A DNA stretch of 62,530 nt, counting the filler, from Sphacelaria rigidula (lineage: Eukaryota), in the NCBI GenBank assembly GCA_964200075.2. It is 9 parts of 9 records of this genome, joined end to end, with 100 filler letters (N's around TTAATTAATTAA, not from the genome) between each part and the next. Parts side by side here need not be neighbours in the genome. Positions count along the whole stretch, not along the records: positions 6,960 to 13,818 come from CAXNAA020017725.1; positions 13,919 to 20,777 come from CAXNAA020017726.1; positions 20,878 to 27,736 come from CAXNAA020017727.1; 6 more parts are not named here. One strand, written 5' to 3'. A model generated the notes under the pieces. The model had not been told where the DNA came from. It made no database searches and saw only the letters and a list, made by a program, of their open reading frames with translations. The position numbers and the translations under genes were made by a program. This document shows positions 13,660-25,800 of the stretch, in pieces (positions within the stretch are counted from its first letter, which is position 1; each line of letters opens with the position of its first letter).

Positions 13660-13684
13660 GGGTTAGGGTAAGGGTTAGGGTTAG
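13660..13684 (+). repeat. Short interstitial telomere-like (TTAGGG) tract
   Basis: GGGTTAGGGTAAGGGTTAGGGTTAG. Confidence 0.6.
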
Positions 13685-14188
13685 TTATCCGTGGGAGAGA
13701 TGCTCTGTTCTCTGTGGAGGCTCTGCTGGGCGGTGTGCACGAGTTCACGGTCGACCCTTGACACCCCTGGGTAGCATGTCGACCTGCGGAAGGAATTTGG
13801 ATTGAATCAACATGGCTCNNNNNNNNNNNNNNNNNNNNNNNNNNNNNNNNNNNNNNNNNNNNTTAATTAATTAANNNNNNNNNNNNNNNNNNNNNNNNNN
13901 NNNNNNNNNNNNNNNNNNCATGAAGCCACTGTTTCATGCACATGCAGAACACGTCATTCCTAACCAGCCTCGTTGGTCGTTCTGGAGGCCCAGTCCCAAA
14001 AGGGTTAATGTGAATATCGTGAATGTGTTGCAAGGGCTATAAATGTGTGTTAATATACATATTTACGTGTTCTGATATAACCGTGTGCAATATACAACAT
14101 CCACCATACATTTTTCTTGTGTCTTGTGTTATTATTCACACTCTTCAACTCGTTTGATTCCTCGTTGAATGAAAACCAAAAAATGAAG

Positions 14189-16577
14189 GCTGGTCGGCTA
14201 ACAGTTGGCGCTCAAAAGCGCGTCGGGCACAAAGACAAACGCAACCTGTACCTTGCCGACGAAGGACTGGTGATGGAAGACAGCAGCGCGTCCGAGGGAG
14301 CTGCGAAGAATGACATGGACAAGCGGGTGCAGGCGCGACGAGACAAAAAGAGCAAGCTGAAGAATCCGGTGCGGAAACGGAAGCAGTAGATCGAAAGCTT
14401 TGGTCTTATATCTATGGTTGACAACACGACTACTTGATTTTAGACTCGAGAAAGTTCTGAGAAAGATAATGGTTTGGGGCAGGTGAGCAGTGGATCCAGC
14501 TCTTCCAGAACGTGTCTGCCAACGCACACTTTTGCCTAGGGAAACCTATGCACCCCCCTTGCCCAAGGGCATCCGTACGCCATGGGTCGGGGTTAGGGTT
14601 AGGGTTAGCGTTAGCGTTATTTCAAAATATATGTTTCCGAAAAAGTTCTATTCGACCAAGTGGTACACACACCTCGCGAGCTGGGCCAGCCGTGAAACGT
14701 CCAAACGCCCATCACACAACAACTTTCGAGTTTCCCGAATCAGCCCGATTCGAGCATATCGCTTTGAACTGCAGACCAACCTGTTCTTGCCCGCTCTGCC
14801 GCTTAAAAACGAAGAATGAAAAAATAATGTCCTGCATAATGTTTGACCTTAACGGCGGAACGAAAAAAAAGAAGAGAATATGTGTCGGTATTCGAACTCG
14901 TGACCTCCATTACTGGAGTCTCCTGTATCACTTGGATTACGGGGGCGCAGCGGTGTTACACAAAAATTGCCAGGCTGCGCCCAATTCCAGGAGTTTTTGA
15001 CCTAATTTTCACCAGGATCTCCTGTACGAAAATACGTACACCATTTCTGGGGATGCCGCCGCTTTTTGCTTTTTTTTCACGGAATTATGACATTTTTCCA
15101 GTTCTTGCTGAAAGTTCAAATCGCTCTCTCTCTATATATATATATATATATTTAATCTTGGCATCCAGAGGAATGTTGCGTGTGTTGATAAAAATGTCGT
15201 GTCAAACTTTTCTCCAGCACCGTCGGACGCGAAAACGGTAAGGAATCACTGCCAGGTGGCCCCTCTCGCAGCATGTGCGACTCTCCATAAGCGCGTGTGT
15301 ACGGTACGACTTGGGCCAGCCTAGAAGCGGATCTAAAGATTGCCGGTGGATTCTGAACTCAATTTTGACAATTACACTTCAAATTTGGTATGGAGAATCG
15401 CCAGGGATAGTAAAGAACCATGGAAGGTTGAAATCTTTATTCATAAGCTAAAGGCAAAAAGCTCCAGATTTCTCTAAAACGTCCCAACTCATGACAGAAA
15501 ATCCCAATATCCCAAGGTTTCTTCGTATGTTTTGACCTTGCGATTTTCCTCACCAATTTTTCAAGTGCAATTCTCACAATTGAGGTGACAACCTGCCTGC
15601 AACCTTTTCATCAGCAGTGTTTTGGTTGCCTGTGGAAGCCCCTACTTCGAGAATTACACTGAAGTCTGCTCTTCAACCCCAGAATAGTAGCATAAATGTG
15701 AGGTCCAGAAGCCAAACAAAAGCGTTTTAAAAAGCGGGGGGGAAGATGTTGGTAAAATTCGGGGGAAACGTGTGATAAAAAGCGGGGAGTGTGAAAAGGA
15801 CGGAAAATAAAACAGCGATGTCAAAAAAGGTGGAGGTGAGCTATACTTGACGGATTATTCTGTGCGTGCCGGCCACTTATTTCGAAACAGAGTGATACGT
15901 GATACATGTTTTCACCAGTCTACCCGGAGTGCTTATGAGAGGCTTGTCAGCCAAGAGGTCAACCATGTGTCAAGTGTATCTTCCGTTGAGGCGACCTAAA
16001 GTCTTGGTCGTATGCCCATGGTTGTTTTTTTGGAACAAACTAACGATAACGCTGACCCTAACCCTAACCCCAACACAAGGCATACCGAGAACCCTCGGGC
16101 GAGCGGGGTGCCAAGCGTTCCCTCGGCAAAGTGTGGCGTTTGGCAGACCTCAGAACGATGCCGCAGGCGCCGATTTGGACAAGAACGCGTTCTGCGCACG
16201 CGAGGGGCAGTTGGGGCTGTCGTCCTCGATGAAGATCCGAGTATCGGTGTTTACACTAAAATTAAGTTGTAACATTCCGGGGAGGTTTTAATCGACCAAG
16301 TGGTGAACACTACAGCAGCTCGTATCGATTTGGAAATATCAGAGCCCAACGCACGTGCTATGATGGTATGAGACAGGCCGTCGTAGAGGAACTGAAGGAT
16401 GTACGCGCAGACAACATGGCACGTGGGTTTCCAGTTTTACTGGTCTTTGCCTTAGCCAACAACACCCTCTCAGCGTTGTCAATAGCTCAAGTTCGAGAAG
16501 CCATCCTTGCCTTTTCCTTGACATATTATTCTAGAGGACGGCCATTCCTAGCTTTTGTTCCATATCTCTGTCTGCTG

Positions 16578-16640
<63 letters not shown>

Positions 16641-19600
16641 CCCAGGCGACTAAGTGTGTTCGCCTGTCATATCGTCCTGTTTCCTTCACATGCCTTCAGA
16701 TACATTTTCGTTTTGTTTATCTTGCACACGTCTATCTTGTCACCACGGTCCGATCCCTCCAACATCACTTCATGTGCGACAATCGGTCAATCAATCAATC
16801 GATCAAATAACCGATTAATCAATCAACCTACCAATCAATCAATCAATCAACCAATCAATCGATCAATCGATTTATCAATCAATCCACGTTGCTAATTCCT
16901 GCCAATTCCTTCCCCCTCAATTTCCAGATATTCTTCGTGAGCCCCGTGAGACTCAGCGTTCGCAACCTGGCGAGACACGTAACAGACGCCAAGCTGAAGG
17001 CGATGGCCGCGGCGGCCGCCAGAGAAGGGCTGGAGAGGGGCCGCGCTAATCCGCAAGATGTTCGGCGCTATCTCGAAGCTCAGGTTCACCTGCATTATTG
17101 TAAAAATATGTCGTTGTACTCCAGAGCTTGGGGGGGGTTGGGGGCATGCGGCTCGTTTTTCGTGACGATGTACAGTACCAGTACTCCCGAGTCTTTATCT
17201 TCTTGAATTTTTGGAAATGGAAGGATGGAATCATGGCCGCAAACAAGGTGTTGACGCCTGGCGCGTTTCTGTGCTGCAGGGTAACCTCAAAGTGCGTGTT
17301 TTCGGTTATAGCTCCAGCTAGTCGTTGATTCAAACTGGTGAAAAACAATGGTGGGGTTTGGGCCTGTGAGGCAGTGTCTTGCGTGTCGCAGTACGTCGCC
17401 AGATACGAGGGGGTCGTTATGTTTTCGGAGGCGGCGATCGTGTGCCTCGTTTTTATGGTTTTGTATCCGACTAGGTTGGGTGTGCTCGAGGCACTCTAGC
17501 TGCCGTGAGTTATGTTCCATGTTTTTTCTTGGTTCAACCCCAGTCTGCTGCTTACAATTACTAATAATTCTAGGCGCTTTTTTTCGCTATCGTGACCCTC
17601 GTCTTGCTCGGTGACTGTTGACTGTTGCCTGGGGTCGTGTGCCATGTGCCATGTATGTTGCTTGGGTTCCTCAGGGGGAAGAATTCGCGGCGATTACTCC
17701 CAAGCGGTTGCAGATCCCGCCAGTGTCCGGAGGCGCGGTCGTCAAATCCAAGATCATCAGAGACATGGACAAGAAGCCTAATCCCGATGTGAGACGCATG
17801 AACGAAGAGCGACAGCGAGTATTGCAAGTCTTGGGAGTAATTACTACGAGCTAGGCCAGCTTACGGTGGTTTTTGATTGTTTCCGAGGGCCCGGCTGTGG
17901 GTAATTCGAGAAGGCGAGCGCTGAAATTTTGACACGATATTTTTATCATCATTTTTCTGCAAAAACTGGAAAAATGCGATAAATCCGTGAAAATAAAGAA
18001 ATACATCGGCAGACACAAAAACGAGAATGACTCGCCTCGTCACCCTGCGGGTTTCAGATGTATAGTATGGTATTAATCGTTGAAATTTTGATAATGATGG
18101 ATAACATGGATCATTGTCGCTGAACGGAGATGAACGACACTTACCTACGCGTGGACTTGAGTACGAGTCCCCGCAGAACAAACACTCTTTTGTTCCTGCG
18201 GTGGCGCGCGCCCCCGTCCCTGCTTCCTGCAAGACCATATGATCTTCATTTTCATTGTTGTTAGCGTCGTCTTCATCAATTACTAATATCATTCCCCACC
18301 TCTGCAAGACCACATGGTCGATACTAAGTAGTATAATCAGCATCGCTGTTCTTTTCATTTTTCTCATAATTATGATCATTATTATTCAATATTCAATTTC
18401 ATCGTTATCATTATCAACCATCATTATTATACGTGATTATTTTCACTAATTATTTCATTACATGATGTGTTTTTACTCATTATTAGGCCGCTCCTTATAG
18501 CAAACAAAAACAAATCCTGTAAAACCGTTTTTTTGCCCTTCTTCGTCGTTTCACGCCTTAGGAGAGAGCTAGGCGGAGCTTGACACCTCTGAATGACTTT
18601 CTGTACTCGTTAAAACGGTTCCAGGACATCTTCGCGTTTTCCGGTGGCCGCAGTTTTTATTTTGGCCGAACTTGAATTTTGTCAGAGACGGTCAAGTCCA
18701 GAGAAAAATAGTATTTTTTTCTAGTTTGGCCGAAATAAAAACTGCGACCACCGGGAAACGCGAAGATGTCCTGGAACCGCTTAAACCAGTACAACAAGTC
18801 ATTCCAAGGTATCAAACTTCGCCTAGCTCTATTTTGGGGCGTAAAACGATGAAGAAGGACCAATGAAGCGTTTTACAGGACTTGTTTTTGTTTACAGTAA
18901 GGAGCGGCCTTACCAGCAATTATACTAAAATCAACTATTATCAAATATCTTCACTGTTGCGGTTATTATTGTCATTGTGCAGTTAGGCAATTCATATTGT
19001 TATGATTATTTCACCATCATTATCATAATTATCAATATAGCGTCTATTTGTGGTTATATATGGTATATTTATCACCATTGTTATCATTTTCGCACATAAG
19101 CCCGATATCTCGAACCCGTAGTCACAGACGTAGGCTCGCCTTTCCACTACCGCCACTACGATACTATCCTTACACGACATGGAAGCGCTCATTTAGCGGC
19201 GTATTCTGCGACTCCGAAGGCCAAGCAAAAACATGACATGAGACAAAAATAGACAGGCGTGAAAAAAACAATAGAGAAAAAGCCCCCCCCCCCACCCCCA
19301 AGTTTATCGAGTGGTGGTGAAAAAAATAAATTCTATTTGCCAAGCGGGGTTCGAGAACATCGTAAATGGCTTCCTCCAGGCGTTTCAATAGCATGATGTC
19401 AACGCAACAAACACCCTCAACGCTGACGGGCACGCCATCAACACGCGCCAAGAAGAAGTTATGACCCTCAACGATGACCTCCGCTCTCGAGTTGATGCAT
19501 ACGGCCAGCGTGTTCATGCGATACAGGCGGCCTAAGCCTCATTTCTGCCGGCGAGGATCGACGAGCTAGGCATCGGTCGTCTTCGACTTCGTTACTGTAC

Positions 19601-20660
19601 ACTCGGTGGGGGGTTAGACGAGTAACGGGGCGCCATTGTACTCGGTTTGGTCCTTGCTTCTTTGGGATATATTCCCTATGTAATCAGCGATGCCGGGTTG
19701 GCGCCAACACGGCCAAGCTCTCTCTCTTCTTTCGTGGTGCTTACGGTTAGCCGTGGGGTTGGTAGTCCCAATCTGCTCATAAAAATAAGTGATGGTAAAC
19801 CCTCAGACAGCGAGAGTAGGCGATCTGTTGAACTGGCATCAATTTTGCTTGAAAAAATGATGTATGATCCAGATGGACTACCCTCGCAGTCTACAGTCTA
19901 GGGCTTTACGTCGAGGTCATTCATTGTTTGTCGCCATTTTGCTCAAAATCTCCACGCGTGTGCGACCCGTAGCGTTGATGTCTGCGGCACTGCTGCCACG
20001 CGCGTTTGCCGTGGCGTGGCACCACTAGTTATCAATACAGTACTTCGAATATTATTCTCGACTTGGTTTTAAAGTAGAAATATTCCTGCACTAAAGATCC
20101 CAAAATTTGCGGTCGGCAGATCAATACAAGGTAAAGATCAATGTTATTCCTGCCATGATTTGATCCCTTCATATATTTTTCTTGTGGGCATAAGGGAGCA
20201 TGCCTGATGTCATCTACGCCTTCGAAATTTGATGAATATGCACCATACGCCGCGATCGTCCTTCCTGGCGAATCAAGATACGAAATGATAGATGGATTGG
20301 TGTTGTTTGGGGGAGAACTCAAACCATGCTACATGAGGAAAAGCACACCCACCGACCGGCATCCGGATTCTATTTTTATGCTGTCCGTTTTCACGGAACC
20401 CCCTCCCCCTCGACAACCAAGAATTATGCGCACACACAACACTACGCACGAAACAGGACCCGTCACAATTGCATCCCAGCAAGGGCTACGGATTCGTGGA
20501 GTTCGCCAACCATGGTCAGGCGTTAGCGGCGCTGCGGCAGCTCAACAACAACCCCGCGTACTCGAGCTCGGCGCGGTCGGAGGGCGTGGCCAAGGGCGAG
20601 TCGTCGCGGCTTATCGTAGAGTTCAGCGTGGAAAATCATGCGATGATCAAACTGCAGCAG
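14189..20660 (+). CDS. RBM28: RNA-binding protein 28 / Nop4 homolog (multi-RRM nucleolar protein), partial gene, 4 exons: 14189-14368, 16928-17083, 17675-17788, 20457-20660
   Basis: The phase-0 GT-AG exons splice to ...DKRNLYLADEGL...KSKLKNP-IFFVSPVRLSVRNL...-...KSKIIRDMDK...-...SKGYGFVEFANHGQALAALRQLNNNP...RLIVEFSVEN. This matches the RBM28/Nop4 linker (DKRNLYLA.EG) and the last RRM (RNP1 KGYGFVEF, NNNP, RLIVEFS). The 5' and 3' exons lie outside the contig. Confidence 0.9.
14883..14947 (-). pseudogene. Degenerate tRNA-derived (SINE-head-like) sequence
   Basis: Minus strand reads CGCCCCCGTAATCCAAGTGATA...GGAGGTCACGAGTTCGAATACCGACA, with a B-box-like GTTCGAATAC. No intact cloverleaf. Confidence 0.35.
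15311..15582. repeat. Diverged relative of the 6432-6734 hairpin repeat
   Basis: Shares the leader TGGGCCAGCCTAGA(A/G)GCGGAT and the motif AAATTTGGTATGGA. The two halves of 15360-15582 form a degenerate inverted repeat. Confidence 0.5.
16581..16636. repeat. (TC)28 microsatellite
   Basis: Pure TC run. Confidence 0.95.
16787..16884. repeat. Imperfect (TCAA)n microsatellite
   Basis: Repeated TCAA units with variants, just upstream of an RBM28 acceptor. Confidence 0.85.
18486..18909. mobile_element. PIF/Harbinger (Tourist-like) foldback MITE, 424 bp, TTA TSD
   Basis: TTA|GGCCGCTCCTTA ... TAAGGAGCGGCC|TTA. The arms pair imperfectly over about 190 bp. It lies in RBM28 intron 3. Confidence 0.85.
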
Positions 20661-22825
20661 GTGCGTATGTGTGTGTGTGTTTGCGTGTGTTCGTGTTTGC
20701 ATTTGACACTTTCTACGATAGGGCCCCCCCACCCCCCCCCCCCCCCCCACCCACACCCAGGGCACCGAGAGAGCACGNNNNNNNNNNNNNNNNNNNNNNN
20801 NNNNNNNNNNNNNNNNNNNNNTTAATTAATTAANNNNNNNNNNNNNNNNNNNNNNNNNNNNNNNNNNNNNNNNNNNNTTCTTCTCCCCGCCCGCGGGCGG
20901 TGCCCCGTGCACTAATCGGGACATCGCTGCCTTTGCTTCATACAAACTGCCTCTGAAGTCCGCGCCGTCCCCGGTCGCTGTTGGGGGTATGACCGCGTCC
21001 CTTGGTGCTGCCATCTTGGTCGAATGCTTGGACCACGAGCCGTTGGCACGTCAATTGGACCCTTTAGAGTGTTCCTTGATACGTGATCCATAAATAGGGG
21101 CAGCTAGACACGATTGATGAAGTCGATCAAAGGACACGGCTGAGCCGATCATGTTGATGTAGAAGAGTAGCATTACATAGCTTGACTAATCAAGTCAAGG
21201 AAGGAAAAGAAGGAAGAGAACGAAGTGACTGGGTATGGCTACCCCAACACCGTGGCAAGCAAACATTTCGTACGTAGGTACAAGACATACGCCTACTATG
21301 GTATCAAATCCCACCGCATGTAACTGTCACAACCCGTGAAGACGGATACCTTTGTACCATGGCTGATCAGTACTGTATACTACACTGAAAAGGCTGTTCA
21401 CCTCGACATGTTGCTCCCTCTTATCTGGCAGGACAAGTTTTCTACTACAGATTTCTTACGGGAAACACTGCACCGGGTGCATCGTTGCTCACAGTCTGCT
21501 GCTCTTCCTGACCGGAGTCCTTTGCCAAGCCAGCAATCCTGCCGCTTTCACATTTCAGCATCCATTACACACGTTCCTTGTATATTGTTTTTTCACGGGC
21601 CGTTTCGTAATACAACTCTTCTTCCCCACCAGGTGACCACGGATATCTGTACACGACATTCGTACTTGCTCTGGCACCTCCGCTGCGTCGCGATATACGT
21701 CAATCCTAGCTAGTTTTTTGTTGTTGCTCTCTTCTAGTGTGCTTCGCACACATGTAGAGCGGCACCGAACACCTCCGCGACAATTAGCAATACACAGCCT
21801 AAACGGCTGTGATATTTTCCACACTGAACCTCCCTAGGCTAAAACATTCTTTGTTCCGAGACACGTTCCATTCGCGACAATACGCGATTCACCAGTCGCC
21901 GGTTTTCTCCCCCACAACTCAAATAGTTGTGGCGATTCCCAAAAATACATCCTATTTGACACGCTGCATTGTGAGTTCCAGACCTACGCTACCTGCTCAC
22001 TTGGAGCACACGGCTTTGGCGTGTAACTCTTTTCGGGGCACACCCTCCGCGGGCCCCTGCTGCGCACTACTTTAACTTTGTTCAATATAACATTACTTTC
22101 GTGCTACACTACGCAGCACGACCCTACAGTATCCATTTCAAGCTTGTGTCAAAGCTTTTGAGCCGCCCTACACCGTAAGATCCTATGGTACCCATGTCAA
22201 GCTTTTCTTACTCTTGTGCTGCCCTACGCCGCACGACCCTACGGTGCCCTTTTAATTTTTGTTCTGAGTACCGCCAGTCGTTTCCCAGCTTAGGCTGAGG
22301 TAATACAGTCGTGGTCTGCCCCTGACGTCGACACCTCCGTAAAAACGTGTGAGTTGTACTACTTCCAGGTACCAACGCCGCTTACGAATCTATTGGATTT
22401 GCGTATTTTCCGACGCCTTGCGTCTGTTCTGTGCGCGATCCCAAACTCCCGTTGCTAGCTATTATTGCCACGACTTGAATAGTTGAATTAGATGCTTGTT
22501 GTTACATACAGCAATTAGCTTGAACAACAATACTTGAGTTCATCAGGTTCCAGACGAAGGTCCTTCCAGGAGCTATTAGGGTTCCTTTTCCCGTATTTCT
22601 GAATACAAGCTGCGACCGTTGCACATAGCGTTTTTTGGTGTCACGCTCCCTTGATTCTAGCCCGACGACCGCACACACAAACTGCCTCCACTCTTCTAAG
22701 CAAACAAGTTGCGTACGACTAGCTTCATGTCGCACAGAAATAGCGTCGACTCTTCCCCTCAATTGTGAAACCGACCGCTTCGCCGGACACGGAGCCAAAC
22801 TACCGGCGGTTCGAAATCTTTTGAT

Positions 22826-25800
22826 ATGAGTAGCGCGTCACCTTCGACTACTCGAAGAACATACGCGAGCGCTGCTCGATCTTCGGGATTTGAAGACCAA
22901 CTTTCGAGCGCTGCTCGTCCTTCGGGATTTGACGAAGAGAGTATGACGCCGCGATCTGTTTTCTCTAGTACCGATTCGGACTCAAAACAGGACTGGGCAG
23001 ACATGTCATTGAACCCATGGTAGATTCCGTAGCACCTTCCTTGCTGCGGCCTATTCTTCCGGACCCCTATACGGGATCCGAAGACAGGAATGTGCCCCCA
23101 GCTGAGTATTCGCGCCTGGACACAGGTGCCCAGCATTGATCCTGTAACGGTTGCTTCAACCGTGGCACCCCGTCGAACGACGGTTGAAAAATCTCGAGAC
23201 GACTCAGTCCCGACGAATCGTATCGCTTCTGGATCAAAATGTATTGACGCGCGGGTTACTTCCATTACGAACCCCAATCGCCCAACTCTCAGCAGTCCAA
23301 TGCGCCTTGCTTCGCAGTCCAGTCTCGAACCAGCGGTCGGGGCCATGCATTCTGCCATGCAGAATCTACCTCGCCCTTCTTCGGCGTCAGCGGACACGAC
23401 AGTCCCAGCTCTAATCGAGGCATTTACGGCTTTTCGCCACGCCGCGTTCCAAGATCAATCGGTCTCCGCTCACGTGCAATTCAATGATGACTCTGCACCT
23501 GCCGCGCTCGCACCCGTACGTTGGGCGCCCCGATAGACAACACCGCGTTCTCCGTTCGTCTCTCATTAAAGTTTCGACGAACACGAGTCTAGCCCCTCCT
23601 CCACTTCGCACCAAAGGCTTGCTCGCGCTTCTGGACGGCGCTGCACACCGACAGTTGGTCACGACCACGTCACCCGTGCTTGCATGCCCAAGGACAACTC
23701 CCGGCACAGATTCAATTGATCGCTCGTATTCACACGCCCGAAGAATGCCGATCGTAGTCGCACATACGAAGGTAGTTCACGGCACATCTCCAATTCATCG
23801 CGCGCTTCCACGCGCACGATGAATGCTGGCCGTGACCGTACTCACGAGGATAGTTCGCGGCACAGATCGAATTCGTCGCGCACCCAACTGCGCTCCAAGA
23901 ACGCCGATCATGCAACCGCGTGCACCCCTCCTGCTTAACCACGATCACGCCGCCGTCATTGACGCAATGAAAACACCGTCCATACTGCAGACATCCGTGA
24001 TATATTCTCGGACATGTCACCGGCTCTCGAGTCCTCAACAGAGGGATCCAGCCGGAATTCGGCGCACACCCGACGGCCCAGCAATGACCGCCACCCCCCG
24101 TCCCGCTCTGATGCTGCGTTCATCCGCTTCCTCCAGCAACAACTCGCAGATCTAAAGCAAGCACTGCAAAAGTCCAAGATGGAGACCAAAGGATCAACCG
24201 CCGCCGTTGCTACCACCGCCACCCCGGCTCCCACAACAGCTGCCGCCCTGACTGCTGTTGACATCGACGCCGACAATGGGCCCACCACGGATCCAGTCCC
24301 GGATGCCCCCGTGCTCCCGACTCCGTCTGTGGAGGCTCTCACTTCGCTCCGCGACGAGCACTGTCCAACCGGCTTCCTCTTGAGGCTGTTCCGCAACCGT
24401 TCCCGCGTTGAAAAACTGGCGCTGATTGAGGATTATGCCTCGGAAGCGTCAGCTTTGGCCAAGGATATCCTGGATCAGCAACGCGAGGCTGACGCCGCCG
24501 CCACCCGCCTCCTTCGGAGGAACATGCTGAGAAGCAAAAGGATCTCCAGAGGCGGGCCCCGCACACGCATAATCATCCAACACGGCCGCCCAACGCGACC
24601 TTCATGAAGGTCGCACTGCCGCTATGGCGGCCCAGAAACGTGTCCAAGATCTGGAGGACCGCGTCAGCAGACTGCTCACGACGCTGCTACGTCGGTGGCC
24701 CGCCTCATAAACCATCAGGCCTCCCCTCTGTCCGCCGGCAACTTGCTCAGTGGTCGCCTGCCTCACCCGCCGGCGAGCCACACAGACCAGTCCAAGACCG
24801 CCCGGCCGGCATACACAATTCCGCGGATGTCCGACCGCCAATCTTACGCTGCGGTCACAGCCGCCACCACGACGGCCCCAACACCCCCTCCTCCAAGTGC
24901 TACCTCCACCGCCAATGCCGGGCCGACACCAGGCCTTCACCTCGTGAACAACGAACGCAGGTGGCTCACTCGTTCCGCGACCGAATATACCGGCCCGTTC
25001 CATCACCCCAATCACCTCCACTGTTCCCGTCAGGCTTGGAACTTGGTGTCCAAACTTGTGCACCGGGTTGTTGGATTTTCCGTGGACCAGGACGGCATCT
25101 TTTGTGAGGAGGGCATGACGTCCCTCACCCTGGGATAACTGGTCTTACATAAGACCATTGGCGCCGGCCCTGATCAACCAAGATGTCAAAACTGTCACCA
25201 ATCTTTGTGCCGCGCTTTGTGCCGCTTACAACTCCGATCCCGACGCCACAATCGCCGAGGATGACCAGGATCACGATGGTTGGACTCCAACGAGTGCCAG
25301 CTGCAGGGGAACGAAGAAGAACAATCGGCGGGACGACGACGACAACGGTGAAGGAGGCGCTCACGCCACCGCCATGGCGATGGAGGACCCTCCTCGGGCG
25401 ATTCCGGGCCGAACCGCCCGGTTCGCAGTAACCGCGTCCCGACCCGGAAGAAAACCGGAGGCAATTCTTCCGGATTTTCCGCAGCAGGATGGAACCAGTC
25501 TAACACAGTCCTGCTCCCTTCGGGTTCGGTGGCACCTAGGCGGGTGATACCTAAGTTAGCTGATGTTTCGGGTCGCATTTAGGGTTTTACTGATACGGAC
25601 ACATCAGACCGTCCATTGTCTTCCACTGCAGCTCGAGCCTTAGCAACCGCTGCGGCTGACAAAGAACGTTCCGAAGCTAGTAAAAAAGAAGCTTTCGATA
25701 AAGTCGAGTCTACCCGAGTAGCTGCAATACAGAGATAAGATATTCAGATGGATGTGAAAAAGCTTTGGCATATCAAAAACATGTCTACTGCGGATAACGA

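Larger units (their letters stand above)
14514..16148. mobile_element. Intronic element of about 1.6 kb with long imperfect inverted repeats containing (TTAGGG)n
   Basis: 14514-14625 (GTCTGCCAACGC...GGGGTTAGGGTTAGGGTTAGCGTTAGCGTT) is an inverted match to 16030-16148 (AACGATAACGCTGACCCTAACCCTAACCCC...GCGTTTGGCAGAC). True ends and TSD not resolved. Confidence 0.65.

Noticed and set aside
13660..13684. True chromosome end
   Set aside because: Only about four imperfect units, followed by non-telomeric sequence.
20979..21249. Solo LTR (TGTTGGGGGTA … TACCCCAACA)
   Set aside because: The inverted termini look LTR-like, but the flanks (GTCGC / CCGTG) give no TSD and there is no adjacent PBS or PPT. 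Left unannotated.
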